Of a DNA stretch of 64,000 nt, positions 1 to 9,675 are shown piece after piece. Location of the stretch: the NCBI GenBank assembly GCA_949293285.1, contig CASFCU010000017.1:2432-66431 (forward strand), given 5' to 3'. Position 1 is the first letter of the stretch. Every line of letters starts with the position of its first letter. The DNA is from an uncultured bacterium (GTDB lineage: Bacteria; Bacillota_I; Bacilli_A; RF39; UBA660). The notes under the pieces are model-generated. The model saw nothing but the letters and a program-made list of their open reading frames with translations, was not told the DNA's origin and searched no databases. Position numbers and translations under genes: made by a program.

Positions 1-472
1 ATCTGATTGATTGCCGGTATCACTTTTCTTTCAAATAAACAAATATCAGCAAGTCTATCAGGATAAAAATTACTTACACCAATTGCTTTAATTTTACCTT
101 TTTCATATAACTCCTCTAGAGCATGATATGCCCCATAATAATCGGCAAATGGCTGATGTAACAACACTAAATCAAGATAATCAACTTGTAACTTTTTCAT
201 GGATTCTAAAACAGAATTCTTACACTTCTCATAGCCATAATTATCGATCCAAACTTTTGTTGTAATAAACAATTCCTCTCTTGGTACCCCTGACTTTTTA
301 ACAGCACGACCAACAGCATTCTCATTGAAATAACTCTGTGCAGTATCTATTAATCGATACCCAGCTGTAATAGCATCTAATACACATTTTTCACATTCAT
401 CATCAGGTATTTGATATACACCATATTCTATCATTGGCATTTTTTACCATTATTTAAAATCACATATTTCAT
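1..472 (-). pseudogene. Aldo/keto reductase (2,5-diketo-D-gluconate reductase-like), runs off the window edge, with a 1-nt frameshift near the start
   Basis: Manual translation gives MKYVILNNG from ATG 472, then a frameshift in the T-run at 440-445, then MPMIEYGVYQIPDDECEKCVLDAITAGYRLIDTAQSYFNE with the AKR GYRxIDTA motif. Confidence 0.8.
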
Positions 473-491
473 ATCATCACCATCTCTTCAC

Positions 492-1244
492 TTATAACGC
501 ACCTTGACCACCATCAACAGAGTAGATAGACCCACTGATATAACTTGCCTCTTCACTAGCTAAAAACATTGCAACATTTGCTACCTCTTCTGGTGTTCCA
601 AAACGACCAAAAGGAATGGTACTTGCAACGCTTTCTTCATGTTTTTTGGCATCTTCTAAAGAAAGATTCGTTACATTCCAAATATCAGTTCTAATAGCTC
701 CTGGCGCTATGGCATTCACTCTGACACCAAAACTTGCCAATTCTAATGCCCAAACTCTAGTAAAATTTTCCACTGCCGCTTTAGCACCAACATACATAGA
801 TAAATTAGGAGAACGATGCGTTGCACCTACACTAGATAAATTAATAATACTACCCTTTGATTGAATAATAAAAGGTAATGACTGAATTGTCATATCGACA
901 ACTGCTCTAACATCTAGATTAAAAGCCTTGTCATAATCTGTAATAGTCATCTCTTTTAAAGGTTGAACAGGACACCATCCGGCATTATTTACCAATATGT
1001 CAAATTGCTCATGAAACTTCTCTTTAATAAAATCTACTACTCGTTTAATATCTTCTGATTTTGTAATATCTCCCGTAACATAAAACATCTTATCATGATT
1101 TGACGCCAATTCTTTCAAAACAGTCTCACGTCTTCCCACAATAACGACATTGGCTCCCTCTTTTATAAACCTCTCTGCAATTGCTTTCCCAATTCCAGAA
1201 CCCCCACCAGTTACTACCGCAACTTTACCTTCTAATTTTCCCAT
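492..1244 (-). CDS. Short-chain dehydrogenase/reductase (FabG-like SDR)
   Basis: TGGGSGIG Rossmann motif, NNAG and catalytic YxxxK (YVGAK). Confidence 0.93.
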   Translation of the reverse strand: MGKLEGKVAVVTGGGSGIGKAIAERFIKEGANVVIVGRRETVLKELASNHDKMFYVTGDITKSEDIKRVVDFIKEKFHEQFDILVNNAGWCPVQPLKEMTITDYDKAFNLDVRAVVDMTIQSLPFIIQSKGSIINLSSVGATHRSPNLSMYVGAKAAVENFTRVWALELASFGVRVNAIAPGAIRTDIWNVTNLSLEDAKKHEESVASTIPFGRFGTPEEVANVAMFLASEEASYISGSIYSVDGGQGAL

Positions 1245-1348
1245 TTTCTTCCTCCTTCTAAAAACATTATACTAACTTGCTCATTGACAAGGAATAATAA
1301 ATTAGTTACAATAGTATCAACTAAAAGTTTATATGAAAGGATGATATT

Positions 1349-2239
1349 TTGTATAAAGATGAACTAAAAACCTTTATTATTGTAGCAGAAACTAAAAGCT
1401 TTACAAAAGCAAGTGAAATCTTATTTATCTCTTCTACTGCTATTATGAAACAAATGAATAAATTAGAAAATGACTTAAACATGAAATTACTTGCTAGAAC
1501 AAATCATGGTATTAGTCTAACCAAAGAGGGAGAAAAAATTTATAAAGAAGCAAAATATATCATTGAATACTCTAACAAAATTATAAATTCTATACAAAAA
1601 GAACGAAAAAAAGAATATATCATCAATATTGGAACTTCTCTAACCTGTTCTTGTAAACCAATAATGATACTATGGAGCAAAAAAGCAAAAGACCACCCAG
1701 AATTCAAAACAAAAATTATTTCCTTCGATAAGAATCATACTCAAACTTTATTGACCTTAAAATCTGAAGAAACCAAACTAGATTTCATTGTATCAGCCTG
1801 TGACTCTAAAAATTGGTTAAAAAAGGTTAATTTTTATAAACTAGGAGAGACATCTTACTCAATTGCAGTCCCTATAAATCATAAACTTGCAAATAAAAAT
1901 CTAATTACGTTTCATGACTTAAACAAAGAATCAGTAATGACCATTACCGAAGGAGATAGTCCTATTAGTAACAAACTATATCAAGCCATAAAAGAAAATT
2001 GTCCCAACACTACAATCATTAATTGTCCATTTTTCTATGATATCGATGTGTTTAATACAGCCCATGAAAACGGATATTTACTAGTAATGCTAAATACTTG
2101 GAAAGATATTCATCCCGCTTTTAAAACAATTCCACTAGATTTTAAAGACAAAATTAGCTATGGAATCATCTATGCAAGAAAGCCAAATAACAAAGTAAAA
2201 GAATTTCTTAACATCATTACAGAAAAAAAAGGAAATTAA
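1349..2239 (+). CDS. LysR-family transcriptional regulator, divergent from the SDR/AKR genes
   Basis: N-terminal LysR HTH (SFTKASEILFISSTAIMKQMNKLE), about 296 aa, TTG start after AAGGA. Confidence 0.92.
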   Translation: MYKDELKTFIIVAETKSFTKASEILFISSTAIMKQMNKLENDLNMKLLARTNHGISLTKEGEKIYKEAKYIIEYSNKIINSIQKERKKEYIINIGTSLTCSCKPIMILWSKKAKDHPEFKTKIISFDKNHTQTLLTLKSEETKLDFIVSACDSKNWLKKVNFYKLGETSYSIAVPINHKLANKNLITFHDLNKESVMTITEGDSPISNKLYQAIKENCPNTTIINCPFFYDIDVFNTAHENGYLLVMLNTWKDIHPAFKTIPLDFKDKISYGIIYARKPNNKVKEFLNIITEKKGN

Positions 2240-2272
2240 TATTTCTTTTTTTCACGTACTATAAATAAACTA

Positions 2273-2297
2273 AAAAAAGTGCATAACTATATGCACT
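2273..2297. terminator. Hairpin terminator between the convergent LysR and ALDH genes
   Basis: AGTGCATA-acta-TATGCACT inverted repeat preceded by an A-run (U-tail on the minus strand). Confidence 0.65.
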
Positions 2298-2317
2298 AAA
2301 TAATATCAAAATTTTAA

Positions 2318-3757
2318 TTACTTCAAAACATTCTTTAAAATGATAGTTTTCGTACGTGACATTTCTTTTAAAGTAGACATTACGCCTTCATTTCCGATAC
2401 CACTATATTTCCATCCACCAAAAGGCATCTCAAAAGAACGGAAGAAAGAAGCACCATTAATTACTACTCCTCCACACTCTAATCTCATAGCAATTTTCAT
2501 AGCATTATTCATATCTTTTGAAATAATACAACCACATAATCCAAAAGAAGACTGATTTGCTATAGCAATAGCCTCATTAATATCATTAAATTCAATAATA
2601 GAAACTACTGGTCCAAAAATTTCCATATCTTTGGCAACTGGCATATCACGAGTAACACCAGTCAAAATAGTAGGAGTATAAAAAGCACCATTTCTTATTC
2701 CACCAAGCTCAATCTTAGCACCTAAACGAACCATATCGTTTACTTGATTTTCAACATTGATAGCAGCCGCTTCACTAATCAAACAACCAAGTTGAACAGT
2801 AGGATCACTTGGCATTCCTAACTTTATTTTAGAAATTCTCTCTTTTAATTTTGCAACATATTGATCGAATACTGCACTGTGAATCAAAAATCTTTTACTA
2901 GCACAGCAAACTTGTCCAGTATTATAAAATCTACCCCAAATTGTCTCTTCCACAGCCAAATCAATATCACCATCTTGATCTAAAATAAAAGCATCATTTC
3001 CACCAAGTTCTAACATCACATGAGTCAAGTTATTACTACAAGTTTTCATAGTCTCTACTCCAGAAGAAGTAGCACCAGTTAAACTTACCAAACTAACGGA
3101 AGGATTAGCAGCTAAAGCCTGGGCAGCAAGCCCTCCTGTACCATTTATAACATTGATAACACCAGCTGGAACTCCCGCTTGTAAAAGAAGTTCTACATAA
3201 CGAATAAGAGTCAATGGATTATGTGGAGATGGTTTCAAAATAACCGAATTTCCCATTAACAAAGCACTTGGTACTTTTTGACAAAACAAATCACTAGGAA
3301 AATTAAATGGAATAATAGCAACTACTACTCCTAAAGGAGCTTGCACTGTATATTGTATTGTATTTTCATTTCCCTTTTCTTGTCCATTAGGAATTAAATT
3401 ACCATATTCATGTTTTGCCATTTCACAAAAAGCTGGAACTCCCACACTAACATTTGCCACTTCAGCAATAGCTTCAGTAATTGGTTTCCCTGTCTCACAA
3501 GAAAGTAAATTTGCTAACTCTTCTTTATTTTCCTCAACTAAATGAACAAATTTCATTAAAATACTAGCTCTCTCATAAAGAGGCTTTGCTTCCCAATCTT
3601 TTTGAGCTTTTAAAGCAGCCGATACAGCAAGATCACAGTCTTCCTTCGTACTCTCAGGTACAGTATCTATAAGCTCTGCCGTTGCTGGATTAATAATTCT
3701 AATAACTTCACCACTAGAAGAATCTAGCCATTGATTTCCAATTAAGTTTTTTGCCAT
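2318..3757 (-). CDS. NAD(P)-dependent aldehyde dehydrogenase (lactaldehyde dehydrogenase-like)
   Basis: PFNFP, catalytic Glu in LELGGND, catalytic Cys in GQVCCAS, EIFGPV and PFGGWKYSG motifs. Confidence 0.93.
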   Translation of the reverse strand: MAKNLIGNQWLDSSSGEVIRIINPATAELIDTVPESTKEDCDLAVSAALKAQKDWEAKPLYERASILMKFVHLVEENKEELANLLSCETGKPITEAIAEVANVSVGVPAFCEMAKHEYGNLIPNGQEKGNENTIQYTVQAPLGVVVAIIPFNFPSDLFCQKVPSALLMGNSVILKPSPHNPLTLIRYVELLLQAGVPAGVINVINGTGGLAAQALAANPSVSLVSLTGATSSGVETMKTCSNNLTHVMLELGGNDAFILDQDGDIDLAVEETIWGRFYNTGQVCCASKRFLIHSAVFDQYVAKLKERISKIKLGMPSDPTVQLGCLISEAAAINVENQVNDMVRLGAKIELGGIRNGAFYTPTILTGVTRDMPVAKDMEIFGPVVSIIEFNDINEAIAIANQSSFGLCGCIISKDMNNAMKIAMRLECGGVVINGASFFRSFEMPFGGWKYSGIGNEGVMSTLKEMSRTKTIILKNVLK

Positions 3758-3759
3758 AA

Positions 3760-4929
3760 TTACTCACCAAACCCTGTAAATGATAAAGAAAGTCCACCGA
3801 CAGTATTAGCACTATGTTCATTTGAACCATACTCACCAAAAGTAAATACCATTAAAAATTCCTTACCACCAGTTTCCTTAATAACTTCAGGATATATTCT
3901 TGACTCCTCATTAGCAAGTTGTAACCCTAATCTTCTTCCACCACAATGTACTAAAAAATAAGATTGAACTTCTCCCTCTATTTTCTCATTCAACATACGA
4001 ATCACATCTGGATTTGCTTGAATAACAGATTCTGGACTTCCCTCCAATTGAATAACAGCAGTATTTAAAGCTAAATTAGCTCCAATATTCATAGACAAAT
4101 CGTCGTTTGCAAACATAGGATGTCGAACAGCTACCACATTACCAATTGGATCTTTAACTCCCAATGGTGCAAAAATAGTTTCAGCAAGCAACTGAGAACC
4201 CATAAGACTATCAATACTCTTACCTGTCCATTCAGAATATTTCTTAACAGCTGGAACTCCATCAATTTCTGCTAACGTTCTAACACCAGAAAGTTTAGTA
4301 ATAATACCAACATGATTAGTTTCTTTATAGCCACCAGCATAAATATTTTTCATCTCATTGTCCGCAAAGAAGATAGCAATTGCACAACCATCACAGAAAA
4401 CTTTGTCTTTACAAATAATACTCCATTTTCCTTCTACTGTGTTATCAGCAGCACTTCCACCAAATACTGGAATATTACCAATAACATCCTGAACACCCTT
4501 CATATATTCTTCTTCTTCAGCGGGACTTGCTGTCATAAAAAAGTAATCTGGCTCTTTATCTTGGCCTTTTACTTGACTCATTGCTTCTTTAGCTATTCTT
4601 CTTCCAATCTCTCTTGCTGACTCACTAGAAGTTTTTTCACTACCTGCAACAACTACTTCTAAATCACCAGAAAAAGTCATCATTCCCGAATAACCAGTTT
4701 CCTTATTCAAATAACCATCCTGCGTACAAATAGCAGCACTAGAAGTACATCCAATAACAGGAGCACTCATAACACTACTAACACCTCTTAAAAGTTCACT
4801 TTGATTAAGAACAACAGAAGTAAATAATAATCCAACCTTTGCTCCTCCACCATTTGCCATACGTGCAGTTTCAACACCAGAATCAAAAGAACTAGCATTT
4901 TCACTATAACCAACTTTAGTCTTTACCAT
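3760..4929 (-). CDS. Stand-alone FIST (FIST_N + FIST_C) domain protein
   Basis: PVIGCTSS, PVFGGSAAD, HCGGRR and FTFGEYG motifs typical of FIST proteins; about 390 aa. Confidence 0.85.
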   Translation of the reverse strand: MVKTKVGYSENASSFDSGVETARMANGGGAKVGLLFTSVVLNQSELLRGVSSVMSAPVIGCTSSAAICTQDGYLNKETGYSGMMTFSGDLEVVVAGSEKTSSESAREIGRRIAKEAMSQVKGQDKEPDYFFMTASPAEEEEYMKGVQDVIGNIPVFGGSAADNTVEGKWSIICKDKVFCDGCAIAIFFADNEMKNIYAGGYKETNHVGIITKLSGVRTLAEIDGVPAVKKYSEWTGKSIDSLMGSQLLAETIFAPLGVKDPIGNVVAVRHPMFANDDLSMNIGANLALNTAVIQLEGSPESVIQANPDVIRMLNEKIEGEVQSYFLVHCGGRRLGLQLANEESRIYPEVIKETGGKEFLMVFTFGEYGSNEHSANTVGGLSLSFTGFGE

Positions 4930-4993
4930 AAAACAAAAACTTCATTTTATTACATCTTAAATTAATGTAATAAATCTACTCCTCCTTATTTTA

Positions 4994-5022
4994 ACTATAA
5001 AGCAAAAATAAAAGACAGTCAA
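4994..5022 (-). promoter_or_regulatory. Putative sigma-A promoter of the FIST-ALDH operon
   Basis: Minus-strand TTGACT (5022-5017), 17-nt spacer, TATAGT (4999-4994). Confidence 0.55.
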
Positions 5023-5084
5023 CAACAGTCAACAGAACATTTAGCATCTTTACGTAAAAAAAGCAAACTAAATGTTTGCTAATA

Positions 5085-6290
5085 TTATCTAGAATTCCAA
5101 GAATTATAAGTACCTGTAGGGAAATAAATCAAACCACGTGGTCCTTTATAACCATTCTTTAATAACTGTGTCCCATACGCAATAAAACTATTCAAATCAT
5201 AACAATTTGGATCATCAAAATTGTTTAATCGACACGGAAAAATTTCCAAATGCAAATGCACTCCAAAGGAATAACCAGTATCACCCATATATCCTAAGTA
5301 TTGATCACTAGTAACATAATCACCGATACTTATCCCAGGTGCATAAGAACTCAAATGGGCATAAAGAGAAGTATACCAAGTATCATTAGTAGCAACATAA
5401 TGCTCCAGTGCAATAACAAGAGCACCATAACGATCAATATATTTAGCTACAACTTTACCATCTGCAACAGGATAAATTCTCTCATTCTCTCGGTTATAAC
5501 TTCCTACATCAACAGCTCTATGCGTATAACTACTACTATAATAAGCCTCCTGAGTAATATACCCAGTTCTAGTAGGTCTTCTAAAAACAGAAACACTTCC
5601 AGCAACTGCACAATCTACTCCTATAACATCATTACTTTCACAACCCAAATCTTTATAACTCTTAACCAATTTTTCATAAGTTGCAATCTGCTCGGAAGTA
5701 GTTACTCCAAAATTATTAAGACTTTCTTTCTTTTCACCTAATTGTTGAACTTTATTAGATAATTCACTTTCCTTTTTATTAATCTCTATTTTTCTTTTTT
5801 CAATTTCTTTTTCTCTATCCTCATTATCTTTAATAATTTGTTCCATTTCATCAATCGTTCGATTATTATAATCAATAAGTTCCTTTACAACTGCTGTTCT
5901 ATAAATTAAATCAGAAGTAGAATCTGCCTTAAACACATATTCTAAATATACATTTTCTCCACTAGATAACTGCATATACTCGATTATCTGTTTTGATTGC
6001 ATTAATTTATCTTTAATTTTACCATTATAATCTTCAATCTCACGATTAAGTTCTTTTACCTCTTCAATAAGTGCAACCATCTCACTTTGTAAATTAGCAA
6101 TTTGTTTATTAGCGGCCGTAATCTCAGATTGTGTTAAATTTAAAGCATCTTGATTTTCTTGTGCTTGACGCTTATAATCAGCTAATTTCTGCTCATATTC
6201 ACCTAAAGTAATAGCCATTCCTTCGATTGGGGTATAAATTTGAACTACTATCACTAAAAGTACTAAAAAAGAAACAATCTTTCTCATCAT
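5085..6290 (-). CDS. Secreted coiled-coil plus M23 peptidase, FtsEX-associated peptidoglycan hydrolase
   Basis: Signal peptide, long coiled coil, M23 HxxxD (HRAVD) and HxH (HLH) motifs; overlaps the ftsX stop. Confidence 0.88.
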   Translation of the reverse strand: MMRKIVSFLVLLVIVVQIYTPIEGMAITLGEYEQKLADYKRQAQENQDALNLTQSEITAANKQIANLQSEMVALIEEVKELNREIEDYNGKIKDKLMQSKQIIEYMQLSSGENVYLEYVFKADSTSDLIYRTAVVKELIDYNNRTIDEMEQIIKDNEDREKEIEKRKIEINKKESELSNKVQQLGEKKESLNNFGVTTSEQIATYEKLVKSYKDLGCESNDVIGVDCAVAGSVSVFRRPTRTGYITQEAYYSSSYTHRAVDVGSYNRENERIYPVADGKVVAKYIDRYGALVIALEHYVATNDTWYTSLYAHLSSYAPGISIGDYVTSDQYLGYMGDTGYSFGVHLHLEIFPCRLNNFDDPNCYDLNSFIAYGTQLLKNGYKGPRGLIYFPTGTYNSWNSR

Positions 6291-7213
6291 ATCTTTAAAT
6301 ACTTCCTTACCGCTCTTCCACTACCAATCATACCGACAATTACCCCAATAACGATCACTACTAATGAAACAAAATATACAAAAGGTTGTGGGCTAAGCAA
6401 TTGAATAAAAGAAGAAAACAAATGTCCATCATCCAGAGTATTATAAAATGCAGTATAACCATATATAGTAACTATCACAGGAAGAATAGATCCAAGAAGT
6501 CCAATAATAAACCCTTCAATGATAAATGGATTTTTAATAGTCCAGTTACTAGCACCAACTACACGCATAATCGATATCTCTCTTCTTCTTGAAAAAATAG
6601 TCAATTTAATAGTATTAACAATTAAAAATACTGTAACAATAATCAATATAATAACAACAACAAATGCAACCTTTTCTACTAAATCGAAAGTAGAAACCAT
6701 TTGTTCAACCATTCCCTCACCATAATTTACAACCTGAACTACCGGAAGATTTTCAATCTCTGTTGCAGTTTCATTAATCCTATTAATATCCTCTACCTTA
6801 ATCATATAACTATAATGAAAAATTTCTTCCTCATTATCGATTAAAGACCCGACAGAATTCCAAAATTCATCCTCTTCCAAAAGCATTTCTTTTCTTTCTT
6901 CAGGATTTTTTACCTCCCAATCAGGAAGAACATTCTCCATAGAAGAAAGTGTTGCTTCAAAATCTGAAATTTCTTCACTAGTAACACCTAAGTTCAAAAA
7001 AACAACCATTGTCACATCACTTTCAATCTCTTTAGAAAAATTCTTTACATTAAATGACATAACTAGTGCAATAGCAACAATCAAAAGTGTAATACTAATA
7101 CATGAAATAGAAGCTATAGACAAAGAAAAATTTCTATAAACACTCTTAAAAGCATCACGTATTCCACACTTAATCATTCTAAATAGCTTCATTATCGTAC
7201 TTCCCTTCCTCAT
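6287..7213 (-). CDS. ftsX: Cell division permease FtsX
   Basis: IVNTIKLTIFSRRREISIMRVVGAS motif and 4-TM layout; follows ftsE. Confidence 0.93.
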   Translation of the reverse strand: MRKGSTIMKLFRMIKCGIRDAFKSVYRNFSLSIASISCISITLLIVAIALVMSFNVKNFSKEIESDVTMVVFLNLGVTSEEISDFEATLSSMENVLPDWEVKNPEERKEMLLEEDEFWNSVGSLIDNEEEIFHYSYMIKVEDINRINETATEIENLPVVQVVNYGEGMVEQMVSTFDLVEKVAFVVVIILIIVTVFLIVNTIKLTIFSRRREISIMRVVGASNWTIKNPFIIEGFIIGLLGSILPVIVTIYGYTAFYNTLDDGHLFSSFIQLLSPQPFVYFVSLVVIVIGVIVGMIGSGRAVRKYLKI

Positions 7214-7889
7214 AATCTTCCATAACTCTACCAGCTTTAAGAGCCACTACTCTCTTTTTAAACTTATTGACAATATCTCTATCATGTGTTGCCATAATAA
7301 CAGTAGTCCCCATAGTTTTATTAATATCATCCAAAACATTCACGATTTCTTCACTCATCAAAGGATCTAAATTACCAGTCGGCTCATCACAAATCAAAAG
7401 CTTTGGATTATTTACAATTGCTCTTGCAATAGCAACACGTTGCTGTTCTCCACCAGAAAGCTCATCGGGATAATTTCTAGCTTTTCCCTTAAGACCAACT
7501 AATTCTAAAGCCTTTAAAGTTTTTATTCTAATATCACTACTCTTTTCTCCAATTGCTTCAAGTGCAAAAGCAACATTTTCATAAACTGTAAGTTTTGGTA
7601 ATAATCTATAATCTTGAAACACAATTCCTAATCTTCTTCTAAGCTTATAAACCTTACTATTTCTTAGCTTAGCAACATTCTTACCACCAATAATAATTTC
7701 TCCCATCGTTGGTCTTTCTTCTCTATAAAGCATCTTTATAAGCGTAGACTTACCACTACCAGAACCTCCAATAATAAAAACAAATTCCCCTTTCTTTATT
7801 TTTAAATCTAAATCATAAATAGCTGTAACACCATTTTTATACTTTTTATGAACACCCTTTAAAGTAATTAATTCCACTAACTTTTTCAC
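7179..7889 (-). CDS. ftsE: Cell division ATP-binding protein FtsE
   Basis: GGSGSGKST, VFQDYRLL, LSGGEQQRVAIARA and DEPTGNLD motifs. Confidence 0.95.
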   Translation of the reverse strand: MKKLVELITLKGVHKKYKNGVTAIYDLDLKIKKGEFVFIIGGSGSGKSTLIKMLYREERPTMGEIIIGGKNVAKLRNSKVYKLRRRLGIVFQDYRLLPKLTVYENVAFALEAIGEKSSDIRIKTLKALELVGLKGKARNYPDELSGGEQQRVAIARAIVNNPKLLICDEPTGNLDPLMSEEIVNVLDDINKTMGTTVIMATHDRDIVNKFKKRVVALKAGRVMEDYEEGKYDNEAI

Positions 7890-7934
7890 CTCTTATCCTA
7901 TAAAATATATTATAACATATTAAGACATATTTTG

Positions 7935-8831
7935 CTAACTATTATGTCCTCCCATCACTTCATAAGAATCCGTAACAATAAAAAAGGCATTATGATCAAT
8001 CATCTTAATTTTCTTAGTAACTTTATAATATAAATCATTTGGTACCGCTACCATCAAAATCGATCTATCATCATCATTTTTACCACTTTTTACATCAAAA
8101 ACAGTAGCACCACTTCTCAAATCTTTTAAAATATAATCCTTAATATCTTTTTCTCTATCTGTAATAATATAAAATGACTTATGAGAAGAAATACCCAACA
8201 TAACTTTATCAATAACATGACTACTTACATAAAGTAAAATAATAGCACAAAGTACACTAGTTATTCCGAAACAGTATCCTCCCACCAAAACAATAATAAA
8301 ATTAATAATAAAATTTGATTTACTGATAGATATTCTAAATTTTTCATACAAAATTTGATTAATCAAAGTAATACCACCTTGACTTAAATCTACTTTACAA
8401 GTAAGTCCAGCCACCCATCCGGTGATTGCCCCCGCAAAAATAGAAGCAATAATAATATCGTTAGAACTAACATGTACATAAGAATTAATTCCTTCCGTCA
8501 AATCGACAAATAATGGATAAACAAAAGTAGCAACAAGTGCACTAGATGCTTTTTTTACACCAACAGTAAGATAGCCTAATATTAAAATAGCAATAGAAAA
8601 ATACAGAATAAAAGTAGATGGACTAATAGAGAAAAGCTTCTCAACAATAATAGACAAACCGTTAGTTCCCCCAGCTACTATTTTCAAAGGTCTTAAAAAT
8701 AAATTATAATTAATAGAAGAAACAAACATAGTAACAATAAGAACAGAATACTTATAACCCCATTTTTCTTTCTTCATTTTTTTCCATATTTTTTTTAATT
8801 TATCATTCACCGCCAAACACCTCATATGCAT
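7935..8831 (-). CDS. YitT-family membrane protein (true start may be a downstream codon)
   Basis: GGxxGLSI motif, multiple TM helices, C-terminal IDHNAFFIVTDSYEVMGG. Confidence 0.85.
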   Translation of the reverse strand: MHMRCLAVNDKLKKIWKKMKKEKWGYKYSVLIVTMFVSSINYNLFLRPLKIVAGGTNGLSIIVEKLFSISPSTFILYFSIAILILGYLTVGVKKASSALVATFVYPLFVDLTEGINSYVHVSSNDIIIASIFAGAITGWVAGLTCKVDLSQGGITLINQILYEKFRISISKSNFIINFIIVLVGGYCFGITSVLCAIILLYVSSHVIDKVMLGISSHKSFYIITDREKDIKDYILKDLRSGATVFDVKSGKNDDDRSILMVAVPNDLYYKVTKKIKMIDHNAFFIVTDSYEVMGGHNS

Positions 8832-9675
8832 CAGTTACAACGAAAAAAGCATCTTTATCAATTTTATGAATTCCTTCTTTTAACTTAAAATATTCACGAG
8901 TAGGAACAACACAAAACAAAACTTTTTGATTTTCTTTTGAAAAACCACCAACTGCATTAAAAATTGTAATTCCATGCCCTAAATTAACTAAGACAAAATT
9001 TCTCACTTCACTTACTCTATCAGTAACAATATAAAACGCCTTAGACTTACTAATTCCAAGAAGTACTTTATCTGTTAATACACTCATAATGTAAAGAACT
9101 ACTACGGCATACATAAACTTGGTAATTCCAAAAATAAAAATACTAATTCCAACAATAAGGCCATCAGATATAAACATACATTTACCTAAACTAATTTTAA
9201 AATATTTATGAAGAATTTGATTAATAATATCTGTTCCTCCAGTCGTAAAACCAGCCTTATAAACCAAGCCTAAACCGAAACCAGAAAGTACTCCACCAAA
9301 AATAGCCGATAAAAAAATATCTGTACTCTCAAAAGAAAAATAAACAGTTAGAATCTCCGTAATCTTCAAAAAAAGCGGTAAAAGAAGAGAACCTAAAACA
9401 GAACCGACAGTTTTCTCTTTTCCAAGAAAAAGCAAACTAACAAACAAAAGGGCAACGGAAACACAAAGTACGAACATGGAAGGATCAATTCCGAACAAAT
9501 AATTAAAAATAATAGATAACCCACTCACACCACCAAATACAAGACTATTAGGTAACAAGAAAAAATTAAATGATATAGAAAACAAGGAAATTCCTAATAT
9601 AAATTCTAATATTCTAATAATATTATATTTTTCAAGAAATCTTTTTATCTTCTTCCTACGAGTTTTATCCTTCAT
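8803..9675 (-). CDS. YitT-family membrane protein
   Basis: GGVSGLSI, GFTTGGTDII and IDKDAFFVVTDAYEVFG motifs. Confidence 0.88.
   Translation of the reverse strand: MKDKTRRKKIKRFLEKYNIIRILEFILGISLFSISFNFFLLPNSLVFGGVSGLSIIFNYLFGIDPSMFVLCVSVALLFVSLLFLGKEKTVGSVLGSLLLPLFLKITEILTVYFSFESTDIFLSAIFGGVLSGFGLGLVYKAGFTTGGTDIINQILHKYFKISLGKCMFISDGLIVGISIFIFGITKFMYAVVVLYIMSVLTDKVLLGISKSKAFYIVTDRVSEVRNFVLVNLGHGITIFNAVGGFSKENQKVLFCVVPTREYFKLKEGIHKIDKDAFFVVTDAYEVFGGE

Noticed and set aside
7935..9675. Tandem YitT paralogs as a novel system
   Set aside because: Multiple YitT genes are common in Firmicutes and nothing else here distinguishes them.
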